Origin: an uncultured Gammaproteobacteria bacterium
Lineage (GTDB): Bacteria > Patescibacteriota > Microgenomatia > PFEM01 > CAYPPS01
Assembly (NCBI GenBank): GCA_964655765.1
Contig: CAZZNI010000002.1
Location: forward strand, 1 to 63,628
DNA: 63,628 bases
Reading direction: 5' to 3'
A program made the translations under genes and the position numbers. Below, in pieces: positions 9,377-17,815 of this stretch. Each line of letters begins with the position of its first letter. The stretch's first letter is position 1. The notes beneath the pieces were generated by a model. It was not told the origin of the DNA, made no database searches, and worked only from the letters and a program-made list of their open reading frames with translations.

Positions 9377-9853
9377 CTATTGCGATTTAATTTTTTTAAG
9401 AATTTTTCCAGCCCAGGTTTCCGCTTTTTTGACTTCTTTTGGCTCAAGCGGACCTTCCTTGCTTTTAACGATAAAGCCTTGCGGTTCGACGATTTGAGTA
9501 CCGCCTTTGGCGATTAAACTTTTAGTTGTCTTAGGAGCGGCAAAACCGATCATGTTCATTAAAATTTTCAAACCAAGGCCGTGGTTTTTTTTGGAAAAAC
9601 GGGTGTCAAAAGCGGCAATTTTAATTTTTTTTAGCGAACCGTTGTTAATTTTGTTCAAGAAATTCAAAATGGCAGTAGTTGGCCGGCCGCCGTAAGTGGG
9701 AGAGCCGACAATTAATAAATCCAGGTTTTTTAATTGGGCCAAGTTAGTTTTTTTGCTTGATACCAGCTTTGATTTAGGAATAGTCTTGGCAATTGTTTCG
9801 GCGATTCTTTTAGTGTTGCCAAAAACCGAATCATAAACCACCAGTGTTTTCAT
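9377..9853 (-). CDS. Flavodoxin family protein
   Basis: YDSVFGNTKRIA, VGSPTYGG, AAFDTR. Confidence 0.9.
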   Translation of the reverse strand: MKTLVVYDSVFGNTKRIAETIAKTIPKSKLVSSKKTNLAQLKNLDLLIVGSPTYGGRPTTAILNFLNKINNGSLKKIKIAAFDTRFSKKNHGLGLKILMNMIGFAAPKTTKSLIAKGGTQIVEPQGFIVKSKEGPLEPKEVKKAETWAGKILKKIKSQ

Positions 9854-9972
9854 CTGCTTGTATTTATTCTAATACAGACGAAGTAAATTATTCAATTAAA
9901 ATTATGGTTTTTCTTACTATTATTTTTTAGTAAACTGTTTAATGAGTTGAGAAAAAAAGGAGGTGATAATTA

Positions 9973-10242
9973 ATGAAAGTATTAAAATTCGGTGCTGTTT
10001 GGTGCTCCGGTTGTTTAGTAATGAAGCCGCGTTGGGCGGAGATTGAAAAAGAACATCCTTGGCTAAAAACTGAAATGTACGATTATGATGCTGATAAACA
10101 GATGGTGGAAAAATATAAGATTGACGAAAATCTGCCTGTTTTTGTTTTTCTAGATAAGGATAATCAAGAGTTTTTAAGACTTCAGGGTGAACAGTCAAAA
10201 GACGAACTAATCAAGACGATTTTAGCCAACAAGGACAAGTAA
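9973..10242 (+). CDS. Thioredoxin family protein
   Basis: WCSGC active site, LPVFVF cis-Pro loop, strong SD. Confidence 0.9.
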   Translation: MKVLKFGAVWCSGCLVMKPRWAEIEKEHPWLKTEMYDYDADKQMVEKYKIDENLPVFVFLDKDNQEFLRLQGEQSKDELIKTILANKDK

Positions 10243-10316
10243 AACAACAAAGTGCCAAATGACAGTCGTAAGAGGGCCTCTTTGCTTAAAAACCCAACCC
10301 TTTTTTAGTTTAATGA

Positions 10317-10904
10317 TTAATTACACTTCTCGAAAGAGGGTAGGTGCTTTTGTTCTGAGGCGTTCATTAAGTTGGTAAAAACCAGCATAATATCTTCGTA
10401 TTCTTGAACCGCTGGTAATAATTTATCTTTATATAAAGCCGCATTGGCAATTTCTGCATCAACTCCAATTTGACAGGCCTCTTTCAGTGTAGTTGGGGTT
10501 GAGATTTTACTTGGCCAAGAATTTTCTGGAATCTCTAAACCATATTTATCATAAATAGCTTTAAGTGAGGCAATGTGTTGTTCTTCTGCGCTTTTTATCA
10601 TTGAAAAAGGGCGAACAATCCCAAATTTCGCTATCACTGCTTCATAAGTAGATAAAGCTTTATATTCGTCATTTATAGCTTCACCTAAGGCTTTTTGTAC
10701 TTTTGCCGATAATTCATCAACTGGATACTCTAAGCCTTCTACCAATAAACAGTCGTCCGCTAAGCAATTATCTCTATTCGGTTGTTCGTTTTGACCTTGG
10801 TTTTCAGGAAAAGTATTTAATTGTTTTGGTTGGACAATAATGTACCCGGCCAATAAACTAGCCAATAGGGTAATACCAACCAGGGCAAATATTTTGTTTT
10901 TAAT
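10317..10904 (-). CDS. Membrane-anchored ferritin-like protein (DUF2202-like), probable ATT start
   Basis: DEYKA, AEEQH, AEIAN, ASEQKH four-helix metal motifs. Perfect SD 6 nt before an in-frame ATT at 10904. Confidence 0.75.
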   Translation of the reverse strand: MKNKIFALVGITLLASLLAGYIIVQPKQLNTFPENQGQNEQPNRDNCLADDCLLVEGLEYPVDELSAKVQKALGEAINDEYKALSTYEAVIAKFGIVRPFSMIKSAEEQHIASLKAIYDKYGLEIPENSWPSKISTPTTLKEACQIGVDAEIANAALYKDKLLPAVQEYEDIMLVFTNLMNASEQKHLPSFEKCN

Positions 10905-10935
10905 TAAGACTCACCTCCTTTCAACCGAAACTTTC

Positions 10936-11595
10936 TTAGTTGAATAATTTTAGTAACCAGCCAAAAACACTACTTGCTTGTTCTTCTGCTTGAATCTGTT
11001 CTTCCAGGGCTGTATTTTGTTCAACTAAGGCTAAAACGAGCTCTTGAATTTGAGTTTCTTCTGCTTGGTTGGTAACTTGGTTTTGCAACTCCTGCAATTG
11101 CTGGATTCTAAGCTGGTTCTGCTCCATTTGTTGCTTTAGGCTTTTAATTGCTTTCTGGTCTGCACCAAAAAGTTTTTTCATCAAACCCTGGCGAGATTCT
11201 AGTTTGTTTAACTGGTTTGCTATTTCACCTTGAGCTTGTTTTTGCTGTTGGGCAATATTTTTTACTTGTTGGCCAATACCGCCGGAAGTTTCCTCATCCT
11301 CAAGTAATTCTTCTACTTTCTGGGCAACGGTACTCATGTTTTGTCTGGCAGTATCACTTCTGTCCTGTAGATTTTCCTGTGTGTTGACATTTAGCTGGCT
11401 GTCTTCACCGGCGTTTTGAGTTTTAACCTGGTTTTGAACCTGATTTCCTTGTGGATTAACTACAGACTCTTCATGAGTAGTTGGGTCTTGAGTTCTGTCT
11501 TGTTGTTGAGAGCCTTGGCCTTGCTGAGCCAAAACTACAGCCGGCACAGTTAGTAAAATAAAAGCTAATACTGAGATTAATATTATTTTTTTCAT
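10936..11595 (-). CDS. Secreted Gln-rich coiled-coil protein
   Basis: Signal peptide, strong SD, GGIGQQV, C-terminal amphipathic SVFGWLLKLF. Confidence 0.75.
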   Translation of the reverse strand: MKKIILISVLAFILLTVPAVVLAQQGQGSQQQDRTQDPTTHEESVVNPQGNQVQNQVKTQNAGEDSQLNVNTQENLQDRSDTARQNMSTVAQKVEELLEDEETSGGIGQQVKNIAQQQKQAQGEIANQLNKLESRQGLMKKLFGADQKAIKSLKQQMEQNQLRIQQLQELQNQVTNQAEETQIQELVLALVEQNTALEEQIQAEEQASSVFGWLLKLFN

Positions 11596-11867
11596 TTTTT
11601 CACCTCCTTTACTTATCTTTTGCTATAACTTTATCCTACCACTTTTACCGGAAAAAGTTATTCCAACTAACTATGGCCTTATCACCATTCTAAACGGGGA
11701 ACGGCCTCGTTTTTGAAGCTCTCCAATGGTCAACGGCAAAAGTCCCTTTTCTTACTACTGCTCTATAAAATAGTCGACTGTGTTTTACCATTAACTAGCT
11801 CCAAATGCTTTTATTTTCTAGATACAAATTTTGCGATTTAGCTAATTATAGGATATTATATATACTT

Positions 11868-12689
11868 ATGGGCAAAGAGTTTGAAGTAATTCCAAGGACA
11901 GAAAGAATTATTAAAGGCGAGCCGTGGAATCGGTTATTTAACCCTTTGATCATGGAAACATTTTTAGATTATTCCAGCCAGAAGGAGGATAAACTTTTTG
12001 CAATCACTGGCGATTTGGATAATTTAGGTATATATGTTGCCAGAAACGGTAGACCAGCTGCTGAAAATTTAGTTGACTTATACAATCAAACAATTCGCAA
12101 TTATTTAGAAATGTGGGCTGTTGAGAATCAACAAAAAACAAAGTCTTTATCTTTTGTTCCAAGCGGAGAAGAAGTCTTTATCGTAGGAATTGCTGCTGAC
12201 AAAAATTCCCCTCAAAATTTATTTGCTAACCTCCAAGAGGGAGTTATGGAATTAATGCAAAAACAAACCTATATTGATTTAGGAGGAACTTCGGCGAGTT
12301 TTGGCGGTAAAGTTTTCGGCAGCGAATTAGATCCCAAAATCAAATTTTTAGCAGATGCCATAAAGGCAGGTAAAAATGATGATGAAGTTTTCCCTATTTA
12401 TCTTGAAGTGATATCTGAAATAAGAAGAGAGACAGCTATTGAGTTGGACAAACGAAAATTTAAAGATATTTTGAATGGAGATTATCCAGTAGAAGTAAGA
12501 CAATTAGTTTTAACTCGAATGCTTTTATACAAAAGAACAACTAAAGACATAGTAAAATCATTAAATCAATTACCAGAAGAAGAGGTTGAATCTTTGTTAA
12601 CCTTATTGGGTGACATTTATGGCGTGGAACCTGGAAAAGAAGACGAAGTTGACAACTTTTTGAATGGAAAAATTAGAAATCAAACATGA
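11868..12689 (+). CDS. Divergent GGDEF/palm-fold nucleotide cyclase-like protein (tentative)
   Basis: FAITGDLDNLG, PSGEEVFIV, TSASFG and AIKAGKN occur in the order of GGDEF/mCpol palm motifs, followed by a helical C-terminal extension. Confidence 0.55.
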   Translation: MGKEFEVIPRTERIIKGEPWNRLFNPLIMETFLDYSSQKEDKLFAITGDLDNLGIYVARNGRPAAENLVDLYNQTIRNYLEMWAVENQQKTKSLSFVPSGEEVFIVGIAADKNSPQNLFANLQEGVMELMQKQTYIDLGGTSASFGGKVFGSELDPKIKFLADAIKAGKNDDEVFPIYLEVISEIRRETAIELDKRKFKDILNGDYPVEVRQLVLTRMLLYKRTTKDIVKSLNQLPEEEVESLLTLLGDIYGVEPGKEDEVDNFLNGKIRNQT

Positions 12690-13405
12690 CAAACAATAAT
12701 AGACAAACTAACAATTTGATCCTAATTGGCGGCGGGATAATGAGAAAGGGAGAAACAGAAAAAATTGATCGCTGGATATTGAAAAGAGTTAGAAACCAAA
12801 AAAAAACAAAAACCCCCAAGGTACTTTTTATTCCTTCAGCAAGCGGTGATCTAAAAGAGTATATTCAAGATTTCACCAATAGATACCAAGAATATGGAGC
12901 AATGGTGGATAGTCTTCTTTTAATTAAAGAGGCACCTTCACGAATGAACATAAAAAAGAAGTTTCTTAACGCTGACCTGATATATTTTGGTGGAGGAAGC
13001 GCTGAATTGCTTCTTAAAACTTTCAAAAAATTCAAGCTAGAACCAATATGTGCCCAAGTCGTAAAAAATGGAGTGCTGATGGGTGGACTTAGCGCAGGAG
13101 CAATTATTTGGGGGAAAAAGTTTTTGACTTTTGATCGGAAAGGAAGTAGGTTTGTCAATTTTCGCATAATAGATGGATTGGGCTGGATTGACAATCTGAT
13201 TATCCCCCATTTTGACCCTTTGATGTTAAAAAGCAAGATCGTATTGAATCTACTAAAACAGAACTCGGAGTTAAAGTCTCTAGCTATAGGTAACAGGACA
13301 GCTGCTTACTGGAAAGACAAACCCACCCCTCTTTTTAAAAAGCAAGAAAAATCATGTCTGGGACTATCTTTATTGATAAAGGATTTAACTCAAAAATATG
13401 AGTAA
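12686..13405 (+). CDS. Peptidase E / S51 family (class I glutamine amidotransferase-like)
   Basis: LIGGG, FIPSAS, YFGGG, GLSAGA nucleophile elbow, IPHFD. ATGA overlap with the upstream gene. Confidence 0.85.
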   Translation: MTNNNRQTNNLILIGGGIMRKGETEKIDRWILKRVRNQKKTKTPKVLFIPSASGDLKEYIQDFTNRYQEYGAMVDSLLLIKEAPSRMNIKKKFLNADLIYFGGGSAELLLKTFKKFKLEPICAQVVKNGVLMGGLSAGAIIWGKKFLTFDRKGSRFVNFRIIDGLGWIDNLIIPHFDPLMLKSKIVLNLLKQNSELKSLAIGNRTAAYWKDKPTPLFKKQEKSCLGLSLLIKDLTQKYE

Positions 13406-13547
13406 AGAAAATCTCTGTTACAAACCAAACAGCCTTGAAAGGGGCGATAAAATTGGATTGGTGAATCCCGTAGGCGAGATGAACAAAGAATATGCAGAAA
13501 TTGCTGTGCGGGTTTCAGTGAAACGAAAACATCAGACCAAGATTTGA
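13398..13547 (+). pseudogene. Truncated N-terminus of an S66 (LD-carboxypeptidase/MccF-like) peptidase
   Basis: MSKENLCYKPNSLERGDKIGLVNP matches the S66 start (PxxLxxGDxIxxxxP), then the frame ends after 49 codons. Overlaps the peptidase E stop. Confidence 0.6.
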
Positions 13548-13702
13548 GAGATTTTGATCCCCACGATTCGAGGCGTCTTTGGGTTACTAGTACAAAATAA
13601 AGACGGCCTAAACCTCATCCGCTACCCTTCTTAGAATGCTCGGAGTACTATTCGTACACGGTTCATGCTGCGAATTTTGAAGGGCAGGCGAACCCCCTTA
13701 CT

Positions 13703-13760
13703 TGGTGTTGCGGGACTAGGATTCCCATTCGACAAGCTCAGGGTAAACTTCTCATCCTAG
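13703..13760 (-). pseudogene. tRNA 3'-end remnant with a palindromic element inserted in the T loop
   Basis: CTAGG [atgagaagtttaccctgagcttgtcgaatgg] GAATCCTAG TCCCGCAACACCA. The T stem equals that of the adjacent tRNA-Gln. Confidence 0.6.
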
Positions 13761-13773
13761 CTTGGGACTTAGG

Positions 13774-13844
13774 TTCGGAGGCTAGGATTCGAACCTAGAT
13801 TAGCTGGTTCAGAGCCAACTGTCCTACCATTGAACGACCTCCGA
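13774..13844 (-). tRNA. tRNA-Gln (CTG)
   Basis: Cloverleaf: TCGGAGG/CCTCCGA acceptor, GTTGG-CT-CTG-AA-CCAGC anticodon arm, CTAGGTTCGAATCCTAG T arm. CCA not encoded. Confidence 0.95.
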
Positions 13845-13880
13845 TTAATGGCTACTATTTTTACTAAAACAAGCACGCTT

Positions 13881-13911
13881 ATTTTACCAAAGCCGGAGGT
13901 TGGAAACAAAC
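13881..13911 (-). repeat. 31-bp direct repeat, copy 1 (contains a minus-strand promoter upstream of tRNA-Gln)
   Basis: ATTTTACCAAAGCCGGAGGTTGGAAACAAAC, one mismatch to 14588-14618. Reverse strand reads TTGTTT-17-TAAAAT with TG extension. Confidence 0.85.
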
Positions 13912-14048
13912 TAAAAGCAGGTCTTTATGTGGATTTTTGGATATATTTGTGGTTTATTGACGAAAAACCTGGTTTTTGTTATCATTTAAACAATCACGAG
14001 GGAGAAACGACCGTCTGACTACGTGTCAGAACGCTACGCCTCCCGTTT

Positions 14049-14576
14049 TTATTTGGCTTTTAGTTCCAGTTTTTCCCTCTCGCGTATTAGAAAAAGTTTG
14101 TGTTTTTGAAACTTTCTTAGAAGAGAGGATTCGGATTTTTTGTTAGGAATAATGATCCTTAGTAATTTTTTATTTTTAGCTAAATACTCGTGTAGACAGT
14201 AAAAATCTCCGTCTCCGGAAACGATTACCGCTTTGTCATATTTGGCAAATTCGATAGCGGCTGTGTATAACACTAATTCTGCATCAACATTACCTTTTGG
14301 TTTTCCGTATTTATCCTTAACCGTTGGTTTAAAAACCAATTTGTAGCCAAATGATTCCAGGTGTTTATAGAGCTTTTTGTTATTAGGAATATAGCCAATA
14401 AACAAGAAGGCTTTATTAACCCGAAATTTATCAGCCAGATACTGTCTGAATTTTTTGAAATCAAGGCGCCAGCCCTTATAAACTAATTTTTTGTTCCGGT
14501 AAATGTTTTTACTGGTGCCGAGGTTTAGGTTTTGGCTATCAATGAAAGCATATATAGTCTTTCTTTTGACTGGCAT
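14049..14576 (-). CDS. NYN domain protein (PIN-like nuclease)
   Basis: AFIDSQNL, KGNVDAEL, IVSGDGDF. Start MPVKRK just after the duplicated promoter. Confidence 0.9.
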   Translation of the reverse strand: MPVKRKTIYAFIDSQNLNLGTSKNIYRNKKLVYKGWRLDFKKFRQYLADKFRVNKAFLFIGYIPNNKKLYKHLESFGYKLVFKPTVKDKYGKPKGNVDAELVLYTAAIEFAKYDKAVIVSGDGDFYCLHEYLAKNKKLLRIIIPNKKSESSLLRKFQKHKLFLIREREKLELKAK

Positions 14577-14587
14577 TTGTTTGGTAA

Positions 14588-14618
14588 ATTTTACCAAAGC
14601 TGGAGGTTGGAAACAAAC
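14588..14618 (-). repeat. 31-bp direct repeat, copy 2 (promoter of the NYN gene)
   Basis: ATTTTACCAAAGCTGGAGGTTGGAAACAAAC. Confidence 0.85.
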
Positions 14619-14643
14619 AAAAAAGTTGCTAAGATGGGTGTTA

Positions 14644-15339
14644 ATGAAACTGTCCGGGCCTAATCGCTTCTTTTTTTTGTTAGCACCGCTGTTGCTTGCC
14701 TTTGGGCTTGGCATTTTTTATTTATCCAGTCGACAAGCATTGTTAGTTCAGCCTAATGGTTGTTGTGAGCCGGATGAAACAGCAACTGGTGAGTTTGAAG
14801 TAGAGGCGAATCAGGCAATTTTTGCCAATCGTTCTTTTGCGGTTGATTACAGTTGGATTAATGATTACCCGGCGGCTGATTTATTGGCTTTAGAATCAGG
14901 GGCTGTTTTAGGGGCTTCCACTGATGAACGGTGGATTGAGGTTGATCTTTCAGAGCAAAGACTGCTGGCCCATAATGGTGACAATATTGACTACGATTTT
15001 TTAATTTCCGGCGGTAAATGGGCGCCAACTCCAACCGGGGAGTTTCGAATCTGGATAAAACTGCGTTATACCAAGATGTCGGGTGGTAACAAAGAAGACC
15101 ATACTTACTACTATCTTCCCAATGTGCCTTATACTCAATATTTTTATAAAGGTTATGGCTTGCATGGGGCTTATTGGCACAATAATTTTGGCAATCCGAT
15201 GAGCCACGGTTGTGTTAACTTGAGTATTCCTGATGCCGAGAAGCTTTTTTATTGGACTTCGCCACCAGTTGGCAGGGAAGGTAATCTGGCTCGTTCGTCG
15301 TCTTCATCTCCGGGGACAAAGATAGTAATTCATGACTGA
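14644..15339 (+). CDS. L,D-transpeptidase (YkuD family)
   Basis: IEVDLSEQRL, PTPTGEF, LHGAYWH, SHGCVNL; N-terminal TM. Confidence 0.9.
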   Translation: MKLSGPNRFFFLLAPLLLAFGLGIFYLSSRQALLVQPNGCCEPDETATGEFEVEANQAIFANRSFAVDYSWINDYPAADLLALESGAVLGASTDERWIEVDLSEQRLLAHNGDNIDYDFLISGGKWAPTPTGEFRIWIKLRYTKMSGGNKEDHTYYYLPNVPYTQYFYKGYGLHGAYWHNNFGNPMSHGCVNLSIPDAEKLFYWTSPPVGREGNLARSSSSSPGTKIVIHD

Positions 15340-15391
15340 TTAGTGTATGATAACTTTTCTTTCGACCTTCCGATTCGGAAGGGGAAGAGGA

Positions 15392-15425
15392 TTGACACTT
15401 AGCAAATAATTTGTTAGACTGCTAA
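15392..15425 (+). promoter_or_regulatory. lon promoter overlapped by a CIRCE-like (HrcA) operator
   Basis: TTGACA (15392-15397), 17 nt, TAGACT (15415-15420). TTAGCAAAT-N9-GACTGCTAA at 15399-15425 versus consensus TTAGCACTC-N9-GAGTGCTAA. Confidence 0.75.
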
Positions 15426-15430
15426 AGATA

Positions 15431-17815
15431 ATGGACATTTTCCCCAAAGATAAAAATTCAAAGCAATTAGTTTTACCGGTGGCATCACTCCGCGAGGGGG
15501 TGGTTTTCCCGTCGGTAGAAACAGTTCTTTCTTTTGGCCGGCCTAAATCAATCGCCGCTTTGGAGGCAGCCTTTAAAAGCGACAAACTGCTTTGTGTTTT
15601 TTCCCAGAAAGATAATCGGATTTTGGAACCGGAAACTAAAGATCTTTATCAGATTGGCACCTTAATTAAAGTAACTCGAATGATGCAAAGCGACAGCGGC
15701 TTACAGCCGTGGGTAAAGGGATTAGTTCGAGTAAGACTAAAGTCAATTGAAGCGGTCAGTCCCTTTTTAGTTGGTAAAGTTGAACGAGTTAATATCTCAG
15801 TTGAAGATCTTAAAGTTAGTCAGGGGATGAAAGCTTACAGCAAGGTTCTTTTAGAAAACTTTCAAAAAGTAATTGCTTTGGGTAAATCAGTTGATGTTTT
15901 AACCATAATGCATGTTATGGGTGAGAATAATCCGGCCACTTTGGTTAACCGGATTGCCTATACCTTGGATGTTGAGACTGCTGTCAAACAGGAAATACTG
16001 GAAACCTTGTCGGTTGAAAAACGGATTACAAAAGTTGGTGAGTTACTTAACCAGGAAATTCAGGTTTTGGAAATGGAACACTCAATTCGTGATAAAACCC
16101 AACAGCGGTTTGATAAATCAATGCGGGAAGCTTTTTTAAGGGAAAGAAAGCGGACGATTGAAGAAGAATTGGGAGAAAATGACAGTCCTGACAGTGAAAT
16201 TAAACAGCTGGCGAAAAAAATTAAACAAGGTGGTTTAACTAAGGAAGCTAAAAAGAAAGCTCGGACTGAGTTAAAGAGACTGGCTCGGCTTAATGTTGCT
16301 CACCCAGAATATGGCTATATCCGTAACTATCTTGACTGGATTACTGATCTTCCTTGGTCAAAAAGCTCGCCTAACAATGTCAGTATTACCCAGGCAGCTA
16401 AGGTGCTTGAAAAAGATCATTACGGCTTAAAGAAGGTTAAAGAGAGAATTGTTGAATCATTGGCGGTAATGAAACTGCTGGAAAAACAAAACAAAGCCAA
16501 GGCGGCTAAAACTGAGTCTAAAAGTGGTCCAACCATTATGTGTTTTGTCGGACCGCCCGGAGTTGGTAAAACTTCAATTGGCAAATCAATTGCCAAATCT
16601 TTAGGCCGGAAATTTGTTCGTATCTCTTTAGGTGGTGTTCATGATGAAGCGGAAATTCGTGGCCATAGAAGAACTTATATTGGTTCAATGCCGGGCCGGA
16701 TAGTCCAAGGAATGAAAGAAGCCGGTAGTAACAATCCGGTTTTTATGCTTGATGAAATTGATAAACTAGGTCGGGATTTTCGTGGTGATCCAGCTTCAGC
16801 CTTGCTGGAAGCCTTGGATCCTGAACAGAATAATGCTTTTGTTGACCATTATCTGGAAGTGCCCTTTGATCTATCGCGGGTGATGTTTATTACCACCGGT
16901 AACATGCTGGAAACCATTCCGGCTGCTTTGCGTGACCGGATGGAGATTATTCGCTTTTCCGGTTATACCGAAGACGAGAAATTCAACATTGCCAAAAAAT
17001 ATCTGTGGCAAAAACAACTAGTTAGTCATGGTTTGAAGAGTAACGGTTTTAAAATTTCTGACAGTGCTCTTAAGGAAATAATCCGTTACTTTACCAGAGA
17101 GGCTGGAGTTAGAAACTTGGAGCGCAACCTGGCCACCATTTGCCGCAAAATTGCCCGTCAGATTGCCGATAAGAAAAAAACTATCAATGCCGCCAAGCCG
17201 ATCAGTGAAAAACAATTAAAACGCTTTTTAGGCCCGCGGAAGTTTAGTACGGCAGAAAAAGAAAAGAAAGACCAAGTCGGTTTGGCGATGGGCTTGGCTT
17301 ACAACGCTTTCGGCGGCGATACTCTACCGGTTGAAGTAGCGTTGATGCCCGGTAAAGGCCAGGTGGTTTTAACCGGTAAATTAGGCAAAGTGTTACAAGA
17401 AAGCGCTAGGGCCGCCCTTTCTTTTGTTCGGGCCAACTGGAAACTTTTTAAACTTGATAAAGAATTCTACAAGGATCTTGATATTCACATTCATTTACCT
17501 GAAGGGGCAATTCCTAAAGATGGTCCGTCAGCGGGGGTGGCGATTGCCACTGCTTTGCTGTCTGCTTTTACTAATCGGGCGGTAAAAAATGAAGTCTGTA
17601 TGACCGGTGAAATTACTCTGCGCGGTCGGGTGCTGGAGATTGGTGGAGTTAAGGAAAAAGTTTTAAGTGCTCACCGGGCCGGTCTTAAAACCGTTATCAT
17701 GCCGAGGGAAAATAAAAAAGACTTAGAGGAGATCCCCGGTAATATTAAAAAAGAGATGCAGTTTGTTTTTGTTGATAAATTGGATCAGGCGTTTAAAGCT
17801 TCACTAGCTTCCTAA
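15431..17815 (+). CDS. lon: ATP-dependent protease La
   Basis: LON N domain, GPPGVGKT, LDEIDK, PKDGPSAG catalytic Ser. Confidence 0.97.
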   Translation: MDIFPKDKNSKQLVLPVASLREGVVFPSVETVLSFGRPKSIAALEAAFKSDKLLCVFSQKDNRILEPETKDLYQIGTLIKVTRMMQSDSGLQPWVKGLVRVRLKSIEAVSPFLVGKVERVNISVEDLKVSQGMKAYSKVLLENFQKVIALGKSVDVLTIMHVMGENNPATLVNRIAYTLDVETAVKQEILETLSVEKRITKVGELLNQEIQVLEMEHSIRDKTQQRFDKSMREAFLRERKRTIEEELGENDSPDSEIKQLAKKIKQGGLTKEAKKKARTELKRLARLNVAHPEYGYIRNYLDWITDLPWSKSSPNNVSITQAAKVLEKDHYGLKKVKERIVESLAVMKLLEKQNKAKAAKTESKSGPTIMCFVGPPGVGKTSIGKSIAKSLGRKFVRISLGGVHDEAEIRGHRRTYIGSMPGRIVQGMKEAGSNNPVFMLDEIDKLGRDFRGDPASALLEALDPEQNNAFVDHYLEVPFDLSRVMFITTGNMLETIPAALRDRMEIIRFSGYTEDEKFNIAKKYLWQKQLVSHGLKSNGFKISDSALKEIIRYFTREAGVRNLERNLATICRKIARQIADKKKTINAAKPISEKQLKRFLGPRKFSTAEKEKKDQVGLAMGLAYNAFGGDTLPVEVALMPGKGQVVLTGKLGKVLQESARAALSFVRANWKLFKLDKEFYKDLDIHIHLPEGAIPKDGPSAGVAIATALLSAFTNRAVKNEVCMTGEITLRGRVLEIGGVKEKVLSAHRAGLKTVIMPRENKKDLEEIPGNIKKEMQFVFVDKLDQAFKASLAS

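Noticed and set aside
11660-11800. Possible small ORF or RNA at the island boundary
   Set aside because: Only a ~33-codon minus-strand ORF with no motif or SD; no convincing structure.
14503-14714. Long N-terminal extensions and overlap of NYN and the L,D-transpeptidase in the ORF track
   Set aside because: Downstream ATGs (14576 and 14644) next to -10 boxes give a normal divergent arrangement.
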